Assembly (NCBI GenBank): GCA_965602015.1
Contig: OZ271918.1
Coordinates: forward strand, 64,001 to 128,000
DNA from: Salinispira sp.
GTDB lineage: Bacteria; Spirochaetota; Spirochaetia; DSM-27196; Salinispiraceae
Length of the DNA: 64,000 bases
Reading direction: 5' to 3'
Positions 1-9,065 of this stretch are shown here, in pieces (within the stretch, counting starts at the first letter, position 1; the number at the start of each line of letters is the position of its first letter). Position numbers and translations under genes: made by a program. The notes beneath the pieces are model-generated. The model worked only from the letters and a program-made list of their open reading frames with translations. It was not told the origin of the DNA and did not search any database.

Positions 1-392
1 ATATCTACCCTGAGGCCATCGAATCGCTGATTAATAACATGGAGTTCGTCGAAGAATCGCTGGTGTATCAGGAAGATACCTCCATCGTCGCCCGCATTCA
101 TCTCAATTACGAGGCCATTGCCGAATCGCTGGACAGCCTGGCGGAGAACGCGTCGCACATTCCCCAGGATATCAGCGAGTATCTCAAACACATCCAGGAA
201 CAGGTTAACAAACAGCTGAGTAATTTTTCCCGGCTCCATCGGGTAATCGAGCAAAAAGAAGAGTTTGAGAAAACGCCGACCAAAAAGATCCGGCGTTTCC
301 TCTACACCCTGTCCGAACGGCTCGGCGGCGACAGCGACAAAAAACACAAGGATTCACAGGATTCCCCCGGCGACGACTCAGCTGGCGAGTAA
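1..392 (+). CDS. Hypothetical helical protein, 3' part (5' end outside the window)
   Basis: The frame of ORF 39..392 is open back to position 3 (IYPEAIESLINNM...); helical, charged composition. Confidence 0.6.
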   Translation, partial: IYPEAIESLINNMEFVEESLVYQEDTSIVARIHLNYEAIAESLDSLAENASHIPQDISEYLKHIQEQVNKQLSNFSRLHRVIEQKEEFEKTPTKKIRRFLYTLSERLGGDSDKKHKDSQDSPGDDSAGE

Positions 393-400
393 TTGCCCAG

Positions 401-490
401 CCGGCGGCTCGGCACGCCAATAGCCGCCCGGCCGGCGGATCTGTCGCCAGGAGGCACTACCCCCGGCGATTCGGCACGCCAATAACTGCC
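401..490. repeat. Imperfect 28-bp direct repeat pair (401-428 and 463-490)
   Basis: ccggcggctcggcacgccaatagccgcc vs ccggcgattcggcacgccaataactgcc, 4 mismatches. Confidence 0.6.
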
Positions 491-550
491 GGCGCGGGGG
501 TGCCCCGGCGTGTTTGTCCATAATTCTCGGCGTGAGTATATTTACCCGGT

Positions 551-922
551 ATGAAAAAAATACCGGAGGTAAAAATGTCTTTTCGCGCGCTGATTTTTCT
601 CGTTCTCGCCGTTGTCGGCGTGATTATGCCATACAGCCAACTTCCCGCCATGCTTGAGGATGGGCAGTACTCCCTCATTGATCATTTTGCGGCGGTCTAC
701 TCCAGTCCCGAGACCGCGTTTTTCGGTTGGGACCTTGCGGTCGCGGCCTTGGCATTTATTCCCTTTCTTATCTTTGAAACCCGGAGGCATGGGATACGAT
801 ATTGGTGGATTTCCCTCATCGGCAGCATGGTTGTGGGGCTGTCTTTCGGTTTGCCCTTCTTTCTGTTCCTTCGTGAACGAAGCCTGGCACGGGCCGGTAC
901 CGGGGAGGCGGCTTCATCATGA
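551..922 (+). CDS. DUF2834-like small membrane protein
   Basis: Three hydrophobic segments; WDLAVAALAF and VGLSFGLPFFLFLRER motifs; stop overlaps the next ATG. Confidence 0.75.
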   Translation: MKKIPEVKMSFRALIFLVLAVVGVIMPYSQLPAMLEDGQYSLIDHFAAVYSSPETAFFGWDLAVAALAFIPFLIFETRRHGIRYWWISLIGSMVVGLSFGLPFFLFLRERSLARAGTGEAASS

Positions 923-1524
923 CTAAAAAATCTATACTTCCAGCGATTGTTATTTTTATAGCTGCATTATTTTCCGGGTCTCCTTTATCAGCTGATTCCC
1001 TGCTTATTGATGATTTTTCCCGGAATGACGGAATCGCGGCGACGGGTACGGCCTGGCAGGGTTTTACCGACCGGGTTATGGGAGGCAGATCGGACATGCG
1101 CGCCGGCTTTGTGCAAGTCGCCGGAAACCGGGTCCTGCGCATGGAAGGGGATGTGTCTCTGGAAAACAACGGCGGATTCGTTCAAGTCCGTCTCCCCCTC
1201 AACAGCAATGAGCTTTCCGCAGAATCCTACTCCGGGGTTCGCATCCGGTATCGACCGAATCTCGACGGGGACTATTATATTCATCTGCGCACCCGGGGTA
1301 ACCGGCTGCCCTGGGCATATTTTGCCGGAAGTTTGGCGGAAAATCACATTGCTTCGGACCGCCCGGGCGAACTCATCAGCGAAATTCCCTGGGAGGCATT
1401 TTCCAGCGAACCGAGGGCTTCGAGGGAACTGCGGCCTGACCTGGTAAACTCAATCGCTCTGGTGGCAACAAAGACCCCCGGTCCGGTCTCCATCGACCTC
1501 ATTTCACTGGAACTGTACCGCTAG
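919..1524 (+). CDS. CIA30 family protein, exported
   Basis: Signal peptide; W..FTDRVMGGRS and GDVSLENNGGFVQVR motifs. Confidence 0.85.
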   Translation: MTKKSILPAIVIFIAALFSGSPLSADSLLIDDFSRNDGIAATGTAWQGFTDRVMGGRSDMRAGFVQVAGNRVLRMEGDVSLENNGGFVQVRLPLNSNELSAESYSGVRIRYRPNLDGDYYIHLRTRGNRLPWAYFAGSLAENHIASDRPGELISEIPWEAFSSEPRASRELRPDLVNSIALVATKTPGPVSIDLISLELYR

Positions 1525-1602
1525 CTGGGGATTTTCGAATATTATCCCGCCTCGCCTGTACCTGTGGGTATTCCCAGGCCGTCGGGCCCACAGGAGGCAG
1601 AT

Positions 1603-3063
1603 ATGAAAATCACTAACATAGCGTTTGCGCTGGTCGCGGCTGCAAGCCTTGCATTCATCGGCTGCGCCGGAATGGCTGATACAAGCGGTGCCGCACCCGA
1701 TCTTAGAGACGCACATGAATCATCAGGTAAAGAGTCCCAGGAAACCGATCCCGCGAACTCCGGGGCTCAGGACCGTTCGCCGGCGGAATTGTCCGGCATC
1801 TGGACCGGGAATCTTGCTGTCGGTAGTGATTCGCTGCCCCTGGTTTTCCGAACGGCTCAGGATGGACAGTGGGTCATGGACAGCCCAGAGCAGGGCGTTC
1901 GTGGAATTCCCGCCGAACTGGAGCTGTCGGGCTCCAGCACAGTCCGTTTCACCGTACCAAGCGCCCAGGGCTACTTCGAAGGTGCCGTAAACGCCGAAGG
2001 CAGTATTGAGGGCTCATGGGTTCAGGCGGGATTGGAGTTTCCCCTGATTCTTATTCGAAGCGATGAAGAGTCCGCGAGTCTGCGCCGGCCTCAGGACCCG
2101 GTGCCTCCCTATCCCTACCGGTCCCAGGTAGTGAACTTTGAAAATCCGGAAGCCGGGATTATCCTTGAAGGCACTCTTAGTATTCCGGAAGGGGACGGTC
2201 CCTTTCCGGCGGTGGTGCTGGTCAGCGGGTCCGGCCCCCAAAACAGGGACGAGGAAATTCTTGGGCACCGGCCGTTTCTCGTGCTCTCAGATGCCCTGAC
2301 CAGGTGGGGTATAGCGGTTCTCCGCTACGATGACCGGGGCGTCGGGCGCAGCCAGGGGGATTTCGCATCGGCAAGCAGCGAAGATTTTGCCGGCGATGCG
2401 CTCTCTGCCCTTAACTATCTTAAAAACCGACCTGAAACCGATGAAAGCCTTACCGGTCTTGCAGGTCACAGTGAGGGCGGGCTAATTGGAATTTATCTCG
2501 GCGAGCGAAACCCCGATATTTCCTTTTTGGTATTGCTGGCTCCGTCGGTGCTTCCCGGCGACCGGCAGCTCATTCTTCAAAATGAGTTGCTCATGCGCGC
2601 CAGCGGCCTAAGCGACGCTCAAATAGAGGCAAACAGCGCTATAAACCGTAGACTATATGATCTTGCGCTGGTCGACGGCGATGAAGATCAGATTGTGAGC
2701 CGGATGACCGATGTTATGCTTTCCGCCGGCCTCTCGGCGGCTGATGCCCGTGCGCAGGCTGCGGGGCTCAGAAGCTCCTGGATGAGGTTTTTCCTGAGCT
2801 ACGATCCTTCAGCGGAGATCAACAGCCTGACGATGCCCGTGCTCGCCCTGTTCGGCGGCCTGGACGTCCAGGTCGATGCAAGGGCTAATAGCGAGCCGAT
2901 TCGCTCCGAGACCATAGAAGTGCGCGTCTACCCGGGACTCAACCATCTTTTTCAAACTGCGGAGACCGGGCTGCCTTCGGAATATGGCTCAATAAGCGAA
3001 ACCATGAATCCTCAAGTGCTTGAAGATATCGCGGACTGGATTCTCAGCCGCCAGGAGGGTTAA
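1603..3063 (+). CDS. Alpha/beta hydrolase lipoprotein (S9/S15-like)
   Basis: AGGAGG RBS before ATG 1603; lipobox-like FIGC; GSGPQNRDE, RYDDRGVG, GHSEGG nucleophile elbow, DVQV, LNHLFQ. Confidence 0.85.
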   Translation: MKITNIAFALVAAASLAFIGCAGMADTSGAAPDLRDAHESSGKESQETDPANSGAQDRSPAELSGIWTGNLAVGSDSLPLVFRTAQDGQWVMDSPEQGVRGIPAELELSGSSTVRFTVPSAQGYFEGAVNAEGSIEGSWVQAGLEFPLILIRSDEESASLRRPQDPVPPYPYRSQVVNFENPEAGIILEGTLSIPEGDGPFPAVVLVSGSGPQNRDEEILGHRPFLVLSDALTRWGIAVLRYDDRGVGRSQGDFASASSEDFAGDALSALNYLKNRPETDESLTGLAGHSEGGLIGIYLGERNPDISFLVLLAPSVLPGDRQLILQNELLMRASGLSDAQIEANSAINRRLYDLALVDGDEDQIVSRMTDVMLSAGLSAADARAQAAGLRSSWMRFFLSYDPSAEINSLTMPVLALFGGLDVQVDARANSEPIRSETIEVRVYPGLNHLFQTAETGLPSEYGSISETMNPQVLEDIADWILSRQEG

Positions 3064-3126
3064 GCTTAATCTGCGGGGGCTTCATGCCTCCCGCTGCGCT
3101 AAATCAGACAGCCGGAGCAAAACCGC

Positions 3127-3972
3127 GTGGATAACTTCAGAATCAGCAAAAAACCCTATTACCTGCCGATCAAGGACGAGGTGGAAACCTTTGAAAAAGC
3201 CTGGAGCGAGCGCATTCCACTCCTTCTCAAGGGGCCGACGGGCTGCGGAAAAACCCGTTTTGTGGAGTTCATGGCCTGGAAGCTGGGGCAGAAGTACAAT
3301 CCCGAGGGTGAGAACAGCAAGGCGGGACAGCAGGGCATCGGTTCGCTCTACACCGTCAGTTGCCACGAAGATCTGACCGCCCGGGACATTACCGGGCGGT
3401 ACATTATGAAGGGGGGAGAGGCCGTTTGGGTCGACGGTCCGGGCACCCGCGCGGTTCGCCAGGGAGCGATTCTCTACCTGGACGAAGTGGTTGAAGCCCG
3501 AAAGGACGTCACGGTAGTCATACATCCGCTCACGGACTACCGGCGCATCCTCCCCATCGAGACCCTGGGTACCCAGTTAAAGGCCCCTCCTTCGTTTATG
3601 GTGGTGGTTTCCTATAATCCCGGCTATCAAAGCATCCGCAAAAATCTCAAGCCCTCGACCAAGCAGCGCTTTATTGCCCTTGATTTTGACTATCCCCCAC
3701 CCGAAAAAGAGGCAAAGATAGTGGAGACCGAGGGAGGAATAGGCGCCGCCGTGGCCGAAAAGCTGGTGCTATTAGCCAGCGATATCAGGAATATTTCCAA
3801 CATCGATCTTGAAGAGGGGGTAAGCACCCGCAGCCTGGTGCACGCGGGACGGCTTATCAAACGGGGAATGCTTGCCCGGCGCGCATGCTCCCTGGCCATC
3901 GCTCAGGCGGTGTCCGACGAGCGGGAAGAGATCGACGCTATCGAGATGATCATCGACAAGATCTTCCGATGA
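3127..3972 (+). CDS. CbbQ/NirQ/NorQ family MoxR-type AAA+ ATPase
   Basis: Walker A GPTGCGKT; CHEDLTA; Walker B LYLDEVVEAR; IHPLTDYRRILPI; SYNPGYQ; LKPSTKQRF; VSTR. Confidence 0.92.
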   Translation: MDNFRISKKPYYLPIKDEVETFEKAWSERIPLLLKGPTGCGKTRFVEFMAWKLGQKYNPEGENSKAGQQGIGSLYTVSCHEDLTARDITGRYIMKGGEAVWVDGPGTRAVRQGAILYLDEVVEARKDVTVVIHPLTDYRRILPIETLGTQLKAPPSFMVVVSYNPGYQSIRKNLKPSTKQRFIALDFDYPPPEKEAKIVETEGGIGAAVAEKLVLLASDIRNISNIDLEEGVSTRSLVHAGRLIKRGMLARRACSLAIAQAVSDEREEIDAIEMIIDKIFR

Positions 3973-6566
3973 AGTATGCCGAGTACTATCGGGAAACCCT
4001 CAGGAAACTCAGCGAAACCAGCCCGGAACTGGTAAGACATTATGAGGAGATAAGCGCTCTACTCACCTCGCTGCAACCCCCCGATGAACAGCTAATGGCT
4101 GCCGCCGCCCGTCTTACATCGGCGTCCCGATACCAGTACCTGGCGCCGGGTTGGATTGCCATGGCCTGGCGCCGAAGAGAACTGACGCCGGTGTCCCGCA
4201 TTTGCGCGGCCCTTTCGGGAAGCCGAAGCGCCGGCGCCTTTATCAACGCCTATCCGGTGACCGGGGTTCCGGCGGCAATGCTGGAATCCGGGCTTGCGGC
4301 GCTGGACAGCCTCGGACGGGAGAAGGGGGTGACGGTTCATGCGGTGATTCCCTTCATAATGGCCCAAACGGACTCGCGTCGAGCCGTTGAGCTCCTTGAA
4401 GCCTTCGTTTCCATTCTGCGGGCGTCTCCCGAGGCAATGATGGAAGTGTATAACCTGATGCACAGCCGTCTGCGGAAAATCAGGCCTGAGCTCATGGAGC
4501 GCTGGCTGTACCGGGGAGTCGACCTGATCACCTCAGGGAGAATTGAAGAAGGCGTGGATTTCCTCCGGCTTCGAAGCCCCGACAGCCGATGGATGCTGGG
4601 AATAAAATCGGTGGTGCTGGGGGACATCCGGCGCTCCTTGAGGATATACGCGACAAGCGTCGCGGGACGCAGCATGTCCATCCATTCCCTCGAGATCAGC
4701 GCGGCGGGCATGCAGATTCCCTACAGCGATGGTCGGTCGATATTTCTCCCGGAAAGCATCAGCCTGTACCGGGACCGGCGGATTAACGAGCGGGTCTATT
4801 CCGCACTGGCGGCGATGCAGGCTGCCAGCATTTCCATGGGCAGTTTTGCCCTGAGGCTCGACGCCCTGGAGTTCATAAACGACATCAGGGAGCGCTACGC
4901 CACTGTTCTTCCGGACATAATGGATAATATACGCCGGCAGTATGCAAAAAGGGCAGAGACAATCCGGGAGCGGCCCAGCGGCGAGGTTGATGTCATTTAC
5001 CCCGGCGGCAGGACGGTGACGGTCCTCGAAACCCCTCTGGAGAAATTTTTCTACATGTTTCCCGCCCCGGACCTTGCCAGAGAGCTGTTCCGTGTCGCGG
5101 AAAACCGGCGGATCCGCTGGTCACTTTCCAGCCGCTACCCCGGACTCGATGAGGATTTTTCTCTGATGGCAAAGGGCTTTCCCCGGCTTTGGGACCCCGT
5201 GGCCGCGGCAAAGGCCAAAAGGGAGGAGCAGTTCCACTTCATCCTCGCGGGAATCGTGCAGCTGTCGGTGCAGCAGGCCTTTGACAGCTCGCTTTCCGGC
5301 GCCGTCCAGACCACCATGCTCCACATCCGGGAGGCCCTCCATCTGGTTGAGCGGCCCGGTTCCACGGTTGCCGACAGCGCCCGGGCCTGCTTCTTGATGT
5401 TCAACCAGCTCTACGAGCGCTACCCGGTCATCACCTATTGCGAGAGGCGGGATATCCGCGAGTCATTTGACTCTCCAGTTCACCCCGGCTATGCCCCTGA
5501 AATCGTATTCGACGTGAGTCCCGACCTTATTCCCGAGACGGCTCCCGGCAGACTGGAAACCGATACCAAGCAGGAAGGGGCAGCGGTAGACCTCACATCC
5601 ATGGCCGTGGAAAACCGTCGCCGCCAGGACGCCCGAAGCAGGCTATTGTCCGAGGACATCCGGTTGTACCGCTACCGGGAGTATCACAGCGGCCGCGGCG
5701 AGTACCTTCCGGGTCACTGCCTGTTGTATGAGCGGGAGCTTCTTCCCGGAAACCCCGCTGAGATTCAGATGCTCGCCCGGCGGTATGAGCAACTTCAAAA
5801 ACGCATACAGAAGCGATTTCTTATGCTCCAGCCCGAGAATCTGGAAATCAGCCGGCGCTGGGAAGCCGGCGATGAGCTACACATGGGCGACACCTTTGAT
5901 TTTCAGACCGATATCAGCCGGGGCGAGTCCCGAGATCAGAAAATATTTATCCGCCGCAGGAGGAATATCCGCGACATTGCCGTTGCCCTTCTCATCGATA
6001 CCAGCAGCTCCACCAGTGCCGAGCTGGACGGCATGTCGGTGCTCGACATCGAAAAGGCCGCCGTCATCCTCTTGGGGAACGCCCTGTGGTCCATCGGGGA
6101 CGTGTTCGGTATTTACGCATTCTATTCCCGTGGACGGAGGGAAGTGAACTTTAACGTGGTCAAGGATTTCGAGGAGACCTGGCACGATCCGGTGCGCTCC
6201 CGCCTGGCGAGCGTGGTGCCCTCCGATTCAAACCGGGACGGCTGCGCAATCCGGCATGCCGCGGCGAAACTGGCCGAACGCCGGGAAAAAACCCGGCTGC
6301 TTCTGATGCTCAGCGACGGCATCCCCGCCGATCCGGGTTACGGGGGCAGGGACGGCGATAAAACCTCATCCTATGCGATAGAAGACACCAGAAAGGCGGT
6401 TTTGGAAGCCCGGCAGGCGGGGCTTCACAGTTACTGCCTCACCATCGACCGGGAAGCCAGGGAGTATATTCCCCGGCTCTACGGCGACTTCCGCTACTCA
6501 ATCCTTAACGATGTTGAGCAGCTGCCCGAACGGCTGAGCAATCTGTATTTGAGAATTACCCACTAG
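3969..6566 (+). CDS. NorD/CbbO-like protein with C-terminal VWA domain
   Basis: ATGA overlap with the ATPase stop; MIDAS DTSSS; NRDGCAIRHA; LLLMLSDGIPAD; YAIEDTRKAVLEAR. Confidence 0.88.
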   Translation: MKYAEYYRETLRKLSETSPELVRHYEEISALLTSLQPPDEQLMAAAARLTSASRYQYLAPGWIAMAWRRRELTPVSRICAALSGSRSAGAFINAYPVTGVPAAMLESGLAALDSLGREKGVTVHAVIPFIMAQTDSRRAVELLEAFVSILRASPEAMMEVYNLMHSRLRKIRPELMERWLYRGVDLITSGRIEEGVDFLRLRSPDSRWMLGIKSVVLGDIRRSLRIYATSVAGRSMSIHSLEISAAGMQIPYSDGRSIFLPESISLYRDRRINERVYSALAAMQAASISMGSFALRLDALEFINDIRERYATVLPDIMDNIRRQYAKRAETIRERPSGEVDVIYPGGRTVTVLETPLEKFFYMFPAPDLARELFRVAENRRIRWSLSSRYPGLDEDFSLMAKGFPRLWDPVAAAKAKREEQFHFILAGIVQLSVQQAFDSSLSGAVQTTMLHIREALHLVERPGSTVADSARACFLMFNQLYERYPVITYCERRDIRESFDSPVHPGYAPEIVFDVSPDLIPETAPGRLETDTKQEGAAVDLTSMAVENRRRQDARSRLLSEDIRLYRYREYHSGRGEYLPGHCLLYERELLPGNPAEIQMLARRYEQLQKRIQKRFLMLQPENLEISRRWEAGDELHMGDTFDFQTDISRGESRDQKIFIRRRRNIRDIAVALLIDTSSSTSAELDGMSVLDIEKAAVILLGNALWSIGDVFGIYAFYSRGRREVNFNVVKDFEETWHDPVRSRLASVVPSDSNRDGCAIRHAAAKLAERREKTRLLLMLSDGIPADPGYGGRDGDKTSSYAIEDTRKAVLEARQAGLHSYCLTIDREAREYIPRLYGDFRYSILNDVEQLPERLSNLYLRITH

Positions 6567-6627
6567 TGCGAAACCGCGCTTGCCTGCCCTCTATGCCCGG
6601 TGAAGCGAGCATAAGAGGGCACTAGCC

Positions 6628-8313
6628 TCAGTCCCGGGTAAGGCTCCGGTACACAATGCGGTGGGGCCGGTCTGCGTCGGATCCCAGGCGCTTGCGCTTG
6701 TCTTCCTCGTACTCACTGTAGTTCCCGTCGAACCACCGGACCTGGCTTTCCCCCTCGAAGGCCAGGATGTGGGTGCAGATGCGGTCAAGGAACCAGCGGT
6801 CGTGGCTGATGACAACGGCGCAGCCGGCGAAACGGTCCAGGGCTTCTTCAAGGGCCCGCATGGTGTTGACGTCCAGGTCGTTGGTTGGCTCGTCGAGGAG
6901 GATAACGTTGGCTCCGCTGCGCACCATGAGGGCGAGATTCACTCGGTTGCGCTCTCCGCCTGACAGATCGCCGACTTTTTTCTGCTGGTCGGATCCGTTG
7001 AAATTGAACCAGCTCACGAAGGCCCGGCTGTTTATGTCCTTTTCGCCCAGGCGGATGATGTCCTGACCGTCGGAGAGCTGTTCCCACACGGTTTTTGCGG
7101 GATCCAGGTCGCTGCGCATCTGGTCCACAAAGCCAAGCTTCGCCGTTTCGCCGAGCCTGATGCTGCCTCCGTCGGGTTTTTCGTCTCCGGTTATCATTTT
7201 AAAGAGGGTGGTCTTTCCGGCGCCGTTAGGTCCGATGATGCCGATAACGCCTCCGGGAGGCAGGGTGAAACTAAGGTTGTCGTACAGCAGTTTGTCGCCG
7301 AAGGCTTTGCGCACCCCCTCGGCCTCGATGACGATGTCCCCGAGCCTGGGGCCTGGAGGGATGAACAGCTTGAGGTCCCTGGCCGACGGTTCCCGCCCGC
7401 CCTCGGACAGGAGCTTTTCGTAGTTGGTTATCCTGCTCTTGGCCTTGGCGTGGCGGCCCTTGGGGCTCATGTTGATCCATTCGAGCTCCCGCTGCAGGGT
7501 TTTCTGCCGCTCGCTCTCGCTTTTCTCTTCCTTGGCCAGGCGCTGCCGCTTCTGGTCGAGCCAGCTGGAATAATTGCCCTTCCATGGAATGCCTTCACCC
7601 CTATCCAGCTCGAGAATCCAGCCGGCAACGTTATCCAGGAAGTAGCGGTCATGGGTAACGGCGATGATGGTTCCGGGGTATTGCTGGAGATGCCGTTCCA
7701 GCCACGCGATAGACTCGGCGTCCAGGTGGTTGGTGGGCTCGTCCAGCAGGAGAATATCCGGCTGTTTGAGAAGAAGCCTGCACAGGGCTACCCGGCGGCG
7801 CTCTCCGCCTGAAAGGGTATCCACGGTTTGCTCCGGCGGCGGACAGCGCAGGGCATCCATTGCCAGTTCAAGCCGGCTGTCCAGATCCCAGGCGTTGGTG
7901 GCGTCCAGTTTTTCCTGTACTTCCCCCTGACGTTCAAGAAGCTTGTCCATATCGGCGTCGGGATCGCCGAAGGCTTCATTGATTGCGTCGTATTCCGCCA
8001 GCAGATCGACGGTCTCCTGAGCCCCTTCGGCCACAATATCCCTGACGGTTTTGCCGGCTTCCAGCTGGGGCTCCTGCTCGAGGTACCCCACGGAGAAACC
8101 CGGGCTGACGGATATTTCCCCGTTGTAATCCTGATCGACTCCAGCCATGATCTTCAGCAGGGTGGACTTACCCGAGCCGTTGAGACCGATAACCCCGATT
8201 TTCGCGCCGTAAAAATAGGAGAGACTGATGTCTTTTATTACCTGCCGGGTTCCGTGGTGCCGACTCACCTTGTACATGGAATAAATAACTTTTTTATCTT
8301 CACCGTTGCTCAT
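6628..8313 (-). CDS. ettA: Energy-dependent translational throttle protein (ABC-F)
   Basis: Two ABC domains; GAKIGVIGLNGSGKST, LELDRGEGIPWKGNYSSWL, IPPGPRLG, C-terminal PHRIVYRSL. Confidence 0.95.
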   Translation of the reverse strand: MSNGEDKKVIYSMYKVSRHHGTRQVIKDISLSYFYGAKIGVIGLNGSGKSTLLKIMAGVDQDYNGEISVSPGFSVGYLEQEPQLEAGKTVRDIVAEGAQETVDLLAEYDAINEAFGDPDADMDKLLERQGEVQEKLDATNAWDLDSRLELAMDALRCPPPEQTVDTLSGGERRRVALCRLLLKQPDILLLDEPTNHLDAESIAWLERHLQQYPGTIIAVTHDRYFLDNVAGWILELDRGEGIPWKGNYSSWLDQKRQRLAKEEKSESERQKTLQRELEWINMSPKGRHAKAKSRITNYEKLLSEGGREPSARDLKLFIPPGPRLGDIVIEAEGVRKAFGDKLLYDNLSFTLPPGGVIGIIGPNGAGKTTLFKMITGDEKPDGGSIRLGETAKLGFVDQMRSDLDPAKTVWEQLSDGQDIIRLGEKDINSRAFVSWFNFNGSDQQKKVGDLSGGERNRVNLALMVRSGANVILLDEPTNDLDVNTMRALEEALDRFAGCAVVISHDRWFLDRICTHILAFEGESQVRWFDGNYSEYEEDKRKRLGSDADRPHRIVYRSLTRD

Positions 8314-8401
8314 AGGGCTGAGATTATACGCCCTTCACAGCGTAAATGAAATACGCATTCCCATTTTGAGCAAATGATGGGGCAATTTATACCTTGATCA
8401 T

Positions 8402-8438
8402 GTGACGTATCATCACTAATATAGGACAAAATGTCATA
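8402..8438. promoter_or_regulatory. Candidate TetR operator: two imperfect TGAC-N5-GTCA palindromes
   Basis: GTGACgtatcATCAC (8402-8416) and TAGGACAaaaTGTCATA (8422-8438), cores 21 bp apart, directly upstream of the TetR gene. Confidence 0.45.
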
Positions 8439-8450
8439 GAGGATTATGCG

Positions 8451-9065
8451 GTGATACATCAGACCTTTTTCCGTTTAGCGGAGAAAAAAAAACGGGCTAT
8501 ACTCGATGCCCTCACTGAGGAATTCACACGGGTTCCCGCAGCCGACGCCAGAATCTCACACATTGTGAAGCGTGCGGGAATCGCCCGTGGGAGCTTCTAC
8601 CAGTACTTCGACGGCACAGCCGACGCGGAACAGGCGCTTCTCAAGGACATGGGGGCTCGGCGCTTCGCGGAGCTGACGGCGATGCTGGCAGAATGCCAAG
8701 GCGATATTTTTGCATCGATCGAAAAACTCTTTGCCCGGGAACTCAAACGACTAGAGAATCCCCGGTTCGCCGATCTGCTGCGCAACCTGTCTATTCCCCG
8801 GATGGACGCCATCAGCCGGGGCGAATCTCACGACCCGCAGAAACCCGACCCCCTCGCCCTGCTTTCCGCAATGAATCTCGATTCATTTAAAGCCACCGAT
8901 GTCAGCTTTGCGATTACCGCCGTCGAGCTTGCGCTGCAATCAGTCGAACGGCTCTTATGGTCGGTGATTGACGGTCAGCTGGCTTACGCCGAGGCCCCGA
9001 TTGCCTGTCAACGAGTTCTTGAGATAATCCGCTTCGGCGCATGCCGCACAGGAGATACCCAGTGA
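8451..9065 (+). CDS. TetR/AcrR family regulator
   Basis: HTH: ISHIVKRAGIARGSFYQYF. Confidence 0.9.
   Translation: MIHQTFFRLAEKKKRAILDALTEEFTRVPAADARISHIVKRAGIARGSFYQYFDGTADAEQALLKDMGARRFAELTAMLAECQGDIFASIEKLFARELKRLENPRFADLLRNLSIPRMDAISRGESHDPQKPDPLALLSAMNLDSFKATDVSFAITAVELALQSVERLLWSVIDGQLAYAEAPIACQRVLEIIRFGACRTGDTQ

Noticed and set aside
401..490. Repeat pair as a mini CRISPR array
   Set aside because: Only two imperfect copies and no cas genes or leader in the window.
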